Shown here in pieces: positions 39,827 through 52,714 of a stretch of DNA of 64,000 nucleotides. A program made the position numbers and the translations under genes. Each line of letters opens with the position of its first letter. The stretch's first letter is position 1. The notes below the pieces were generated by a model, which saw only the letters and a list, made by a program, of their open reading frames with translations, searched no databases and had not been told where the DNA came from. Source of the DNA: Octopus sinensis (lineage: Eukaryota); contig NC_043006.1 in NCBI RefSeq assembly GCF_006345805.1, forward strand, positions 102,858,001-102,922,000. Direction: 5' to 3'.

Positions 39827-40105
39827 CATACGTATTTTAAAAATAGGATAAAATCTTCATAAGAATTTATCAAGTAGTCAAATGCACACATACATACATA
39901 CCTACATACACACATACACACACACCCACACACCACACACACACATATATATATATATATATAATTTATATCCAATACGAACATTTTGATACATAGGGAT
40001 ACATACATATGTATGTACGTATGTATGTATGAATGTATGTATGTGTGTATATATATATATATATGTGTATGTATATACGTATATATGTAATCATATGAGT
40101 ATATA

Positions 40106-40142
<37 letters not shown>

Positions 40143-40445
40143 CATATATATATGTATGTGTGTATGTGTATGTGTGTGTGTGTGTACATAAATAGAAATA
40201 TACATTAACACATGCGTGCCATCCTATGTCGTAATGGACAAAGTCGAATATACTTTCAGCATGGAAACAACATTTATAGAGACAAATCTATTTCTATTCT
40301 TATTGAGGAATTGACTAACAACTAAATCAATAGCCTCGGACACATACATGCATAAATAATTACACGCACCATACATACACGCACTTATATGTATCTAATC
40401 TAAGTATCCATACATATCTACGTTTGCTTGTATAGACTTGTATGT

Positions 40446-40486
<41 letters not shown>

Positions 40487-40570
40487 ATATATATATATTA
40501 TATATATATATATATATGTTTTCATACATATATACATACATACATACATATATCTATCTATCTATCTATC

Positions 40571-40607
<37 letters not shown>

Positions 40608-41374
40608 TTGTGTCTATGTGTACTTAAACACACACAAACACATGTATATATTTATGGTACTGCGTGGAATACATGCTAGTTTAAGTCACACTTTTAGAAG
40701 GATGGTGTAGTATGTGTACCGAAGTATACGTACACTGATACATACATACAAATGCAGCCATGATATATTTCTTCGCATATCTGTATAGGCACTATATTGT
40801 GTGTGCTGTGCACACACAATCATACATGTACTAAACGGAAGCTTACCAGCGGGTACATGGTGAAATGAAGCTGTTATTTATTACGCCAATGACGGCTCAT
40901 TGACATTTTGTTTTTACTTCAGAGCCAAAATCGACTGTTCCTTGGATAGCTCGCTCTTCTGCTACGAACATTCTATTGAAATTGTTTTCCTCTCTCTCCA
41001 TACCCAACAACTATCTTTATTTTTCAGGCCATCACAACTACGCATCAAGTCAGCACATTATTGTAACAGAAATAACTCGTCCCCAATCAATTTGGACACA
41101 ACACTTCAAACTGGAAAAGATGGCGACGTAACTGAATTGAAATCGAAATAAATGAATAAAAATATTTTTAAAAATCCAGAAAAATTGCTGCATTTTTTTT
41201 ACATTTTTATTTATTTATCGTTTTTGTCTGATGAGTATTAACTGATATCTTTCTCTATGTATGTATGGTGTGTCTGTGTGTGTATGTGTACACACACGTA
41301 TATACGTACAGCACACTTAGGTTTATCTATTAGTATGTATGTATTCATGTGCGCATTTATTCTTTTACGCGAAT

Positions 41375-41690
41375 AGAACCCAGTACCTATTAGCTTTTGT
41401 AAAGCCTGGTACTTTATCGGACTCTTTTGCCGAGCTGCTGTCTAACTGCGATATAAACATACTAACACCGGTTGTCAGTCGTTGGTGGAGGATAGATTCA
41501 TACATAAAGACACACATACACACACGCATACACATATATACAATCGGCTTCTTTCAGTTTCCGTCTACCAAATCCACTCACAAGGCCTTGGTCAGCCCGA
41601 GGTTTCAGTAGAATACATTTATCCAAGATTCCACGCGGTGGGACTGAACCCAGAACCATGTGTTTGGGAAGCAAAATTCTTACCACACAT
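41375..41690 (-). mobile_element. SINE family C, degenerate
   Basis: TTTCAGTTTCCGTCTACCAAATCCACTCACAAGG and GGGACTGAACCC. Confidence 0.8.
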
Positions 41691-41813
41691 TCATGCATAC
41701 AAACATTTACACAACCATAATATATATATATATATAATATATATATATATATGAAAAAACAAAAAAACAAGTCAAAAATAGAAAATGCTAAAATAATTTT
41801 ATAGTGAACATTT

Positions 41814-41851
41814 CAGTACCGGTTTCGGTCATTTTGAGACCTTTTCAACTG
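41814..41851 (-). ncRNA. 38-nt minimal hammerhead with U3-A8 core covariation
   Basis: CAG UUGAAAA GGUC-UCAAAAU-GACC GAAA CCGG UA CUG; about 700 bp downstream of the PLE ORF on the same strand. Confidence 0.7.
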
Positions 41852-42554
41852 TAACGATTAAATAATTAAATTTAGAAAAATTAGAAGAAAAGTTTTTTTA
41901 AAGGAATATTTCTATAGTAGTGTTCAGATATAAGTGGCATTCTGCCTTTCTCTGACTCCCTTGTTTGCACTTGTGTGTTGGAGGTCGTTGTGAGTTCTTG
42001 GTAGGGTAGTAGAGGAAGAAGGCTGATGAGGAAAGGGGGTGGGAGAATCTGGGAGTGCCCTGATGGTCGTATTTTGAATGGTCAGTGGCGGCTAGTAGTC
42101 GCAGTTCAATTCAGGAGAATATTTCTATTGAAAGGCTTGTTTATAGAATTTGCGTAGGTGTTATACTAAAAAACATTAGTGACAAAGTTAAGGGGTAGAA
42201 GGTGGAGAAGTAGAAGAAGAAGGAAGAAGAAGAAGAAGAAGAAGAAGAAGATGACGATGTTGATGATGATGATGAAGAAGAAGAAGAAGAAGAAGAAGGA
42301 GAAGGAGAAGATGACGATGATGGTGATGGTGGTGATGATTATGACTACGATGATGATAATGATGAAGAAGAAGAGGAAGAAGAAGAAAAAACAGAGAAGG
42401 GAGAATATGAATGGGTTAAAGAAGTGAGGTGTTGTATGACTTGAAGTTGGCATGTTATGGATTATAGCTGTGATTTTAGCTGTGATTAGTAATGGATTCT
42501 TTGGAATGTAATATTTGTGTGTGAATATTTCTTTTATTCTAAAGTTGAGGTATA

Positions 42555-43836
42555 TTAATTGTTTGTCGTAGACCCGTTAAGAAGTGGCCTGTATTTTGTA
42601 ATAAAGAGAGTTTCTTTACTTATTCGTTGTCTCGAGGTTGTATCGTCCCTAAATTGGTAGAGGGGGAAAATCCTGAAGCTTGGTGTTTTTTTGTTGGCGC
42701 AAGTATCTATGTGTTGGCTAAAAGCTATTTTTCTGTTTTGGGGAATTTTTATCTGGGATCTGTGCAGGGCCATTCGTTTACGTAAACTATTTTTTGTTTG
42801 GCCTATGTACTGCTCTTGACACCCGGAGCAGGTTAGTGAGTATATTAGGTTCTCCGAAGCACATGTGAAGTTGCTTTTCACTGTAAACCGTTGTCCCTGT
42901 TTGAAGGAGAACTCTGATCCCTCAATTAGATAGTCGCATATCCCGCAATTGGGTCTTCCACATTTTTTTACTGTCGGCTTCTGTGTTGAAGAGTGAATTC
43001 GGGCTTGTGTTAGGAGACTTTTCATGGATTTAGGCTGTCTCTTGCTTTTTATGATCGTGTGTGTTTGGAGGATTGTGTTCATTCTGTGGTCTTTTTTTAG
43101 GAGGGGTATGTTGTGGAGGATGGTGCCGAAGGCTTCGTTATTGAGAGGGTTGTGTGTGGAGATGTATGGTAAGGCTTTTGGTTGTAAGTTTTTCTTTGAT
43201 TTGGGATGTCTCAGTTCCTTGATGTTAAGTTGAGGGCACGTTGAATGCACTTGTCAATAAGTGAAGGTGGATAGTTCCTGGTGATAAGGGTATCTTTTAG
43301 TTCTTGTAGTCGTGTGTCTCTGGTGTTTGCGTTCGAGACTATAGTGCATATCCTTTTTGCTAGTTTGAAGGGGATATTCATCTGGTGTGTCTGGGGTGGC
43401 ATGAATTGAATGGAAGATATTGCTTAGAGTCTGTAGGCTTATAATATATGTCTGTTTCTATTATATTATTAGCTTTCTTAATGAGGATATCGAGGAAGGG
43501 GAGTTGTTGCTGGCTATATTCCATCGTGAATTGGATGTTTACGTCCAGTCCGTTTAAAATTTCCTGGAATTCTATGAGTTTTTCTATATTTTTATGCCAA
43601 AGGATGAAACAGTCATCTAGATATCTCTTCCAGTTGTTTTCTATGTAGATGGAGAAAGGGCTGCCATATCTTTCTAGAACCTTACGATACAGACTGATCT
43701 CTAGATATCCTATGACTAGGTTGGCAAAGGAGGGGGCCATTCGTGTACCCATCGCAGTCCCCGATTTTTGTCGGTAGAAGTTGTCATTGAAGGCGAAGAA
43801 GTTATTTTCCAGGATGAATTTAACCCCTTCTATCAC
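42555..43836 (-). pseudogene. Penelope-like (Neptune-type) RT plus GIY-YIG endonuclease, 5'-truncated, two frameshifts
   Basis: GTAMGTRMAPSFANL, RYLDDCF, PFLDI, YYKPTDSKQYL, Cys-rich linker CGRPNCGIC, LIYSLTC..YIGQT..RMALH; frame changes near 43385 and 43240. Confidence 0.95.
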
Positions 43837-43859
43837 GAATTCCTTTTTGATGCGATGTG

Positions 43860-44490
43860 GTAGTTCGTTGGCATACCGAGGGGCATACCGCGTGAACTGG
43901 GATGCGGAGGTTTCGTGTCAGCGTATGCGTACGTCACCGTGATGGTATCGGACATCTCAGAAATCGAAATGATCGGCACTACCCTAAGGGAATACGAAGC
44001 GGTGAAAGGAGTAATGATCAACCAGGAGAAGTCAGTGGGCTTGCAGCTCGGCACCTGGATAGGCAGGCCCATGCCAGCCGACAGCATGGTGGGGCTCTGG
44101 ACGGAAGGACTTGTTAAGTTGCCCGGGGTCTGGTTCGGTTCGAATCTCCAAGTGGACAAGAGCTGGGGCGAGGTGGCAGATAGGGTGGCCAGTCTCACCC
44201 AGAAATGGGCCTAGAGGAAGATGTCCTTGAAAGATTAGGCAGAGGTGACGAATGCATACATCGCATCCGTCTTATACTACCGCCTGACTGTCATCCCTTG
44301 CCCTGCTTCGTGGCTGAACGGGTTGGTGCGTTTGCTCTTCCGCTTCCTGTGGAGGAGACAGGTGCCACCCGTTGCGTGGAGGACTCAACCGTAGCTGAGG
44401 ATGCGTATATATGTGCTAAGGCTGCAACATCTCCAGCGATACCTTAACGGTGAACAGATGTGATCGCCGTTTGTTGAACGAGCTTTAGTC
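43860..44490 (+). pseudogene. Tx1/L1-clade LINE RT fragment
   Basis: VSAYAYVTV (broken YADD), YEAVKGVMINQEKSVGL, GVWFG, RKMSLKD*AEV, LFRFLW; visibly GC-richer than its flanks. Confidence 0.8.
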
Positions 44491-44494
44491 AGTG

Positions 44495-46100
44495 TGGTCT
44501 TCCATGATCTCATGCTCATAGACTAAATGTTTTGCAGAGTAGGAGCTATTTAATACATTTCCAGACATTTCTTAATCCAGCTATGTGGTAGGCTATCAAA
44601 AGCTTTTATTCACAGTCTATCCAGGCTATTGACAAGTTTTTGTGTTGTTTGTGACAATCTTCTATGGTCATCTTATTGATGAGTAGCTGATCTTTGCAAC
44701 CATAAGGTCCACGTTTACACCCTTTTTGCTAATTAGGGAATATGCTACTTTCTATAAAAAAAAACTATAGGTGTATTCAGTCAAGACAGATGTTAGAGTT
44801 TTATACATTGTTGATAAGCAGGTTTTGTGTCGTTGATATTTGGTTCAGTTGTTTCTTCATTTTTTTGAAAGTAGGAATGTTAAACCATTAACTAGCCAAA
44901 AGGGAATAATGCTAGGATGTTGCAAAACACCGATGTAAAGTTTTGTTAGCAGTTCATGGCTCTCTGGGAAGGCATTCAAACAGAAGTTAGAAATTTTATC
45001 CTTTCCTGGAGACTTCCATTTGCTTGACCTCCTGAGAGCAGTTCTTATATCTTCTACCTTGGCACACTCCCACTTTTGCTACTCTAAGGAGTCAAAGTCT
45101 GTAGATATTCCATCAATCCAAGAAGCCTTTTCATTGTGTGTTTTTTCTTCTGTCCGAATTTTATTCCAAAATTCCTCCACTTCTTTTGATGGGACAGACT
45201 TTACTATGACTAGTATTTTCCTTATCTTCCTGTAAACATTTTTTGGGTTATTTTTGAACATGTTGTCCTTGAAGAGTCTAACGCGCTTTTCATACCTTGC
45301 TATGCGTGCAGCTTTAGCATATAACTTTTGCTTAATGGTTTCTATGGTGGCATCAATGTCAAGTATGGTTTTCATATTATATTTTTTCTTTAATTTTAGG
45401 GTTTTTTTAGGTTTGATAGTCTTGTCAGACTTAAGGTTTTTCAAACATTTTATGTCAAACCTAAGTAGCTTAATTTGGTCTTGAATACGCTCTTTCAAGA
45501 AGGCTTTTTGTGGGCATGTTGTCGTTTTCTAATATTTTCACCACATAGAACCGTTGAGATTTTCGCGGATGCATAGTACAGGTGGTTGAGGTCTGTAAGA
45601 TCAACATCATTAGCTGAAATTATATCCTTAAGTGCAAGGCGGATTTTACCAATTATTTTCAGGTTTTTGGTTAGAATTGCGAATTCTTGGGAGAGTATCG
45701 CGTTCATTCATACCGGTTTCTTTAATTTTCAGCCATTCAATTATGATTTGATTTTTTAGATCATGTAGTTCTGTTGGGTCAACTTCGTGTGACTTTTTCA
45801 TCTATTTGATTTTCATCTGCCTTAGTGTTTATGGTTGCTTCAGAGAGTATTTCACTTTGCCTATCAATTACATTAACTCTTTTAATCATTACTGTATTTT
45901 CATCAGCCCTGAGCAGGTCTATAAATATCCCCTCTGTAGTGTCTTCTGTAGCTGCAGCTTCGTTCTTTTTATCCTTTACTGCTTGTTTAATTTGGTCAAT
46001 CTCTACTTCAGTTAGTAATTTTTTTTATAATGTCTCTTCTGACGTTGACAAGTTTGTTACTGTCTATGTAGGGTCTTACTTCGGGTGTTTTCTGTCTCTT
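44495..46100 (-). pseudogene. R4/Dong-like LINE N-terminus and start of RT
   Basis: DSNKLVNVRRDII, KQKLYAKAARIARYEKR, KWKSPGKDKI, QKGCKRGPYGCKDQLLINK, NLSIAWID. Confidence 0.85.
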
Positions 46101-46127
46101 TAAGAACGTATTATTATTATTATTATT

Positions 46128-46697
46128 GAGTGAGAGAGCAGTGCATGCCATCAAAGTGACACTGGGGTAAAATATACGAAGCCCAATATACCCATCATGA
46201 CTACCCGTCTGATAAGGGTACACCAGGCACATGCATCACAACCATATGTGCGCGACATGGTGATCTCATATTAAGATAAACAGCACATGACCTTGCAGGT
46301 GGGGCCCAGTTAGAATTTTCTTCAGGTTGAGTAGCCCATCCCGCTCAAAAGGTCCCTGAATAAGGGTTGTTTAAGGATGTTGAAAGAACCACCCATGTTT
46401 CCAGAGGTGAATTATTCAAACCCCAAAGAACCCCTCTCAACACATGGCTATGATGCTCCCCCACTACATCTGCTCGTGATCAGAGATGCACATATCGTCA
46501 GCCACTAAGGGACATGCTCAACTGGTTAAGGTCAAACAACTGACAAGCAAATCTGTGGTATTGAGCAGAATATTTGCTGTAGCCCATCTTGTATACCAAG
46601 ACAAAACAATGTACATGATAACACTTCCAATCAGTTAAGATCAGAAGCCATGAGAGCCACTGCCTGGTGCTGCATCAAGCCACTGCCTGGTACTGCA

Positions 46698-46699
<2 letters not shown>
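46128..46699 (-). mobile_element. About 570-bp non-coding element in (TAA)n, copy 2
   Basis: Inverted near-identical copy of 26700-27332, with its own terminal duplication of GCCACTGCCTGGT.CTGCATCA; (TTA)n on both sides. Confidence 0.85.
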
Positions 46700-46773
<74 letters not shown>

Positions 46774-46799
46774 TATTATTGTTGATGTTGTTGTTGTAT

Positions 46800-47340
46800 A
46801 ATACATTTTGTTCTCAGCGCTCTCAATTCCTGTAATTCTGTAAAAACGTTCAACAATCTGTGGTCAAAAGTCTCACAGGGTTTTCCACGGTACTTAAAGC
46901 CCAAGTACCAGTCTCAAAATCCTCGCGGTCCCCAGTAAAGTGGTTTTCATGGCATGTTTTAGCCTCACGCTATTCATTTCTTGTACGCGTAGCCTTTTAT
47001 AGATTTTACTTTGCTTCAGCTTTTTATTTGTTATATGCAGAATTACCTCTGTAGTGTTTCGTTCTTTCTTTTGTAAGGTCGTATGGTTTTCGAAATATAA
47101 TTTCTGATGTGAATTTTGTTTTTATTGTAACCCGTCGTTTTGAGTCCTTAGGTGTTTTGCTTTATTTCCAGGGCGTATTTTTTCTATGAGTTTGTCTGTT
47201 TTGGTTTTGGTAACTTTCCCTTCTCGCAGGATATATTGTCGGACGTTTCCAGGAGTATTTTCTGTGATGGTTCTCCTTATATCTGTATTTCTTCTCCATA
47301 TTTCATGTTTCTTTTATTATTCCTGTGTGTTTCGGGTATA
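46800..47340 (-). mobile_element. R4/Dong-like LINE 3' end relic(s)
   Basis: MKTTLLGTARILRLVLGL*, then UTR and (CAA)/(TAA)n tail. Confidence 0.6.
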
Positions 47341-48135
47341 GTGTTGCAATGTAGAATGTATATAGAATGTATATGTAGAATGTATATGTATATAGTACTT
47401 CATTGTTGTCATCTGTCTATCGTTCTCTTTTAGTTTTCTCTTTCGTTTGAGCAGTGACCTTTAGAGACGAGGCTGTCTGTTCGGTGTTAACTTTTTGACA
47501 GAACGCCGTCTCTGGACGTGTGCTAAAGCTTCTTCCGTACCGTGATCACCTGAGAGTCACAAATTGAAATTCACCTCTATTTCGCTTGAAATTTTTATTG
47601 CCGATCATATGCATTTTTTTCTGTTTAAAGTGAAGCGTGCTGCATTTTTTATGTATTATTATTTCTCTATTTTAAATTGTTCAAATACTGTGTTTTCGAT
47701 GTTTATCTTGTTCATGTGTGGAAGATTGTACGTGTTCTCGTGTAAGCTGTATAAACATTATATTTGTTGGTGTATAAGCAAGAAAGTTGTGTGTGGGGAA
47801 TGCATACATGATTAATTCTTGTACTCACAGTTTTTATAGAGACATCGCGCTTCCGCGTGTTGTTTTCATTTTCCTATAAAGATAGCTTATCTCCGCGCAT
47901 TGTTTATATGTTTAGGCACATGGCTTGCTGTGATAACTTGCCTGGCAGCAACTATGTTTCATATATGACAAAAATATTTCGGCGTACGGCAAATTACTTA
48001 CATTAAAGAACAATTTTATTTAATTTCTTCGCGGTTTCTTAAATCTTGTTTAGCGATGATTTCAGATTTTATCCTTCCTCGCGGGGAACTCGCTGATGCT
48101 CGGCCATAATGTTCGGTATTCGCAGCAGAACTTTA

Positions 48136-48552
48136 GGATTTTTTCGATTTGAACGGCAGTTTTTAACATAAGTTCTACGTAATTAAAATATTTTAAACTT
48201 CGTATACTGGTAGAATGTGTTTATAAAACATCTTTCTCTTGGTTTTATTGAGAAAAGTCTATAGTTTGTAAGATATTTGTTGTTTTTTCTTCAAATTCTG
48301 CAATTTCAACTAATCAATGACGTCCATTGAGGTACAAAATATTCTGTGCCGTATGAATATGTCCCTCGTTTAAGAAACAGATTGGGTTTATTTACATTTG
48401 TGAAGAAAAAAGATACCCTTCCCCCCATCCCTAACCCTAACCCTAACCCTAAAACAGATTGAAATGCAATAGATCGATACTAGGGTCATAATTATGGGTG
48501 ACAATTTCATATGACACCGCTTGAAAAACTGCCCTTCAAACCGAAAAGATCC
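48136..48552. mobile_element. Merlin-like MITE carrying (CCCTAA)4
   Basis: 29-bp TIRs (26/29 match) with GG..CC ends; perfect 8-bp TSD GAACTTTA (48128-48135 and 48553-48560); telomeric hexamers at 48429-48452. Confidence 0.85.
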
Positions 48553-48569
48553 GAACTTTATTATAATTA

Positions 48570-49258
48570 TGATACGAAAATTCACAGCTGGTTATGATGG
48601 GAAGTGTGAGCTATCCACAACCAGCAGACTAAAGTGGCATTTGCTTACTGGTTATGTTTCAAGAATCCTGCGAAGAATTCTTGCAGTTCCAAGTGATGCT
48701 GATTTTTGTAGGTGTTCTACCTTCACACTTGCACCATTTTTTTTCAGTCGTGTTGGAGATTTAGAGCTGATACTTCCAAGTGCGCCAATTACTATTGGTA
48801 TCACGTCTACTCTATTCATTGACTGCAACCTTCGTATTTCCCACTTCAAATCGTCATAGTTGTTTATCTTTCTTCATTTTTTCACATTGATCCTGTGGTC
48901 ACGTGCTCATACCATGTCTTTGTTCTTTGTAGGCCGTGATTTCCATAGCGCTCCCAATGGATCATACTTGCCACATTGTTATGGCGTCTTTTGTATTCAC
49001 GTTGTGCCACTTTCGGGCATTCGCTAACGATGTGCCATACCGTTTCACCCGCTCACCACACATTCTGCATTTGTCGCTGTTGGTAGTGTTGTCTATTCTG
49101 CACTTCACATAGTTGGTTCTTAACACTTGCTCTTGAGCTGCGCATATGAGTGCTTCTGTCTCTAGCTTCAGGTCACTCCTCCTAATCCATACCTACAGGT
49201 CCTCTGTCTCTGTCTTGGCGTTCACGTCTCTTGCAAACTGACCGTACATTTTTCCTTC
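48570..49258 (-). pseudogene. R4/Dong-like LINE C-terminus (CCHC knuckle, RHN, partly deleted REL domain)
   Basis: ETEALICAAQEQ, CRMC..ETVWHIVSEC, RRHNNVA, VIPIVIGALG, SASLGTARILRRIL*. Confidence 0.9.
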
Positions 49259-49584
49259 CATGCCTTTTTTCTTTATTATTATCATTATTATTGTTATTGT
49301 TGTTGTTGTTGTTGTTCTTCTTCTTCTTCTTCTTATTATTATTATTATTATTATTTCATTATTATTATTATTTCATTATTGTTGTTGTTGTTCTTCTTCT
49401 TTTTCTTCTTCTTCTTTTTCTTTTTCTTTTTCTTTTCTTCTTCTTCTTCTTCTTCTTTTTCTTCTTCTTCTTCTTTTTCTTCTTCTTCTTCTTCTTCTTC
49501 TTCTTTTTCTTCTTCTTCTTCTTCTTCTGCTTCTTCTTCTTCTTCTGTTTATTATTTTATTGTTGTCGTTGTTGTTGTCATTGC

Positions 49585-49912
49585 CTTTCGTCCTTTCGGG
49601 GGTCGATAAAACAAGTTCCACTTGATCACTGGAGTTGATGTCCTCTCAAAACTTCAGGCCCTGTGCCTAGAGTAGAAAGAGTTATTATAACTGCTTAAGG
49701 CGACGAGCTTGCAAAATCGTTCACATGCCTGAGAAAAATGTTTAGCAGCATTTCATTCGTTTTTTTCAGTCTGAATTCAAATTTCTCCGAAATCGACTTT
49801 GCCTTTCATTTTTTCAGGATCGATGAAAGAAGTACCAGTTGAACACTGAGGTCGATATAATCGATTGTCCCTTCTCCTAAATTTTCAGGCCTTGTACTTT
49901 TAACAGAAAAAG
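49585..49912 (+). mobile_element. Two adjacent SINE family A pieces
   Basis: CCTTTCGGGGGTCGATAAA fragment at 49585-49680 and a degenerate full copy at 49695-49912. Confidence 0.7.
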
Positions 49913-50239
49913 ATTATTGTTGTTGCCGTTGTTATCAGTATGAAATAAATAAACTGCAAATATTCTAAGTTTTTTTTTTCTGTTGTGGTGCTTCTTTTAT
50001 TGTGGATAACATACGTAAACTAACAATTGTAACGGTAGCCTAAAAAAAATGTACTTATAATAAAAATAGCTCTAAAATCAATAATGAATTCGTAATCATT
50101 AAGAAAATAAGCACACGTACCTCTACGGCTTCAGTATCAATACAATATAAAATATGGTAAATATATGGATATAGCTAAATATTATTATAATACATAGCTA
50201 TAAGTATGCGCCATAGATATATTTTAGACATAAATATTG

Positions 50240-50449
50240 GTACTCTTTTACTTGTTTCAGTCACTTGACTGCGGCCATGCTGGAGCACTGCCTTTAGTCA
50301 AGCAAACCGACCCCATGACTTATTCTTTATAAGCCTAGTACTTATTATTTCAGTCTCTTTTGCCGAACCGCTAAGTTACGGGGACGCAAACGCACCAGCA
50401 TCAGTTGTCAAGCAATGTTGGGGGGCCAAACACAGACACACAAACATAT

Positions 50450-50482
<33 letters not shown>

Positions 50483-50645
50483 AATATATACGACGGGCCT
50501 CTTTCAGTTTCCGTCTACCAAATTCACTCACAAGGCTTTGGTCGGCCCGAGGCTATAGTAGAAGACACTTGCCCAAGGTGCCACGCAGTGGGACTGAACC
50601 CGGAACCATGTGGTTGGTAAACAAGCTACTTACCACACAGCCACT

Positions 50646-50718
<73 letters not shown>

Positions 50719-50882
50719 TACGACGGGCCTCTTTCAGTTTCCGTCTACCAAATTCACTCACAAGGCTTTGGTCGGCCCGAGGCTATAGTAGAAGACACTT
50801 GCCCAGGGTGCGACGCTGTGGGAATGAACCCGGAACCATGTGGTTGGTTAGCAAGCTACTTACCACACAGCCACTCCTGCGC
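50240..50882 (-). mobile_element. SINE family C with duplicated 5' half
   Basis: About 160-bp head plus centre present twice (50490-50650 and 50720-50880), separated by (TA)n. Confidence 0.85.
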
Positions 50883-51576
50883 CTATAGATTATTACATGT
50901 ACTGTACTGGATGCATAAAAATATTGTTCTAAATAATTTATATATGCTAGAATTGTTTTTTACGTATGTTAGATATTCTAATAACTTAAAATATATAAAA
51001 TTTAGATTATTTTCAGTAAACATTGTAGTATATTTTAAATAGATATTATTATACTACATATCTATATCGGCATCTTTTTCTGTATATCTACGTCCTGCGT
51101 ACTGATCCTCTACACCTCTAAACGAAGATCTAAGCAAATTCCTTGGAAATGAAAAATGTTCTCTCTGAACATTAGAACCGTGATAAATATTTTAAGATTC
51201 AAGGAGGGGAAATTCATCACACATGCTAAAACATTCTAAAGGTAAAATAAAATGAAAAAAAAAAATCAAGACAAAAATACTCCTTTAAGATGGGATTTAA
51301 AAATATGCTTTAGAATTACACCCGCTAAAAATAACTTAAAAATAGACGTAAAGGCATTCATACATACATACGCATTCAAGAATACCTTAGAAAATCTATC
51401 CTCTTTAAGAAAACACAAACTTACGAAGATACTATATATATATATATATTATATATATATACATATATATAAATAAATACAGACATACATACAAAAACAC
51501 AAATATATGTGTATATATATATATATATATATTGTTATATTCGGAATGGTCATATTGCCAGTTTAGCCAATCTTGC

Positions 51577-51637
<61 letters not shown>

Positions 51638-52504
51638 GGAGCGACACACACACACACACACACACATACACACTCATATATATATGTCCGTCTATGTGTG
51701 TGTGTATGCGTTTATGTATATGATTGTATTTACGTATTTAAAAAAAAGGTGGAAAACACTGATATGTTAACCGATTTGTTTGTGAATAAATAAAGCTTAT
51801 TCTTTTTTGCAGGGGGTTTAGTGTTTCACAAAAATTTTAAATAAATGACGGTATAATGTTTGACATTTGAGCAATGTTATTGGATTTTTTCTAAAAAAAA
51901 AATGTATAAAGCTTAGGTTGTAAGACAAGTTGGAGATAACGGAAGCAAAGTCAAGCGTAAACACCTCCTTCTGCAACACAGCACCACTCTCCGACTAAAA
52001 GTTACAGAAATTGATATTTCCTAGTTGAAAATTCTTCATGAAAATATTCGTTATTGATGTTCTCCTGTTCTTTAATTTTTTACCTTTTTGCTTAATTTTT
52101 TTTTCTTTAAGAATCGTTATCATCATCGTCACCGTCATCGCCGTCATCATCGTCGTAGCATCAACATTATCATCACCATCAACATTATCATTTACATCAC
52201 CACCATTACGCCTACCATCCTCACCACCACCACCACCACAACCACCACCACAGCAACAACAACGGTTATCATTATCATCATCATCATCATCATCATCATC
52301 TTCGTCGTCGTCGTCATCATCATCATCAAGAGCACGACGGTCTCCACGATGTGGTGGTGGTGAGGGTGACGCCTCCATTGTAGTTGTTATTTTTAACGAT
52401 GCATCTTTTCTTTTTATTAGAATCATTATTTAATTTTTTATTTTTAATCCAATTTCCTTTACATTTTGTTGCTATAAAAATGAATGTTCTTTATATTACA
52501 GATA

Positions 52505-52700
52505 ATATTTCAGGGCAGTAGACAAGCAGAATCGCAACAATGTCGGGCAAAATGTCTTTTGGCATTTGCTCGTTGCCTTCTGAATTCAAATTCTGTCTCG
52601 ATCGATTTCGTCTGTTTTTCTTTTCGAGTCCGATAAAACGAGTACCAGTAAAATATCAGGATCGACGAAACACCCAAAATATGTAACCTTGTGCCTATCT
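52505..52700 (-). mobile_element. Degenerate SINE family A
   Basis: TGAATTCAAATT B-box and GTACCAGT core in reverse. Confidence 0.6.
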
Positions 52701-52714
52701 CCGATGCTGTTCTC

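Noticed and set aside
48429-48452. Chromosome end or fusion signal from (CCCTAA)4
   Set aside because: Only four units, inside a TIR element with a TSD.
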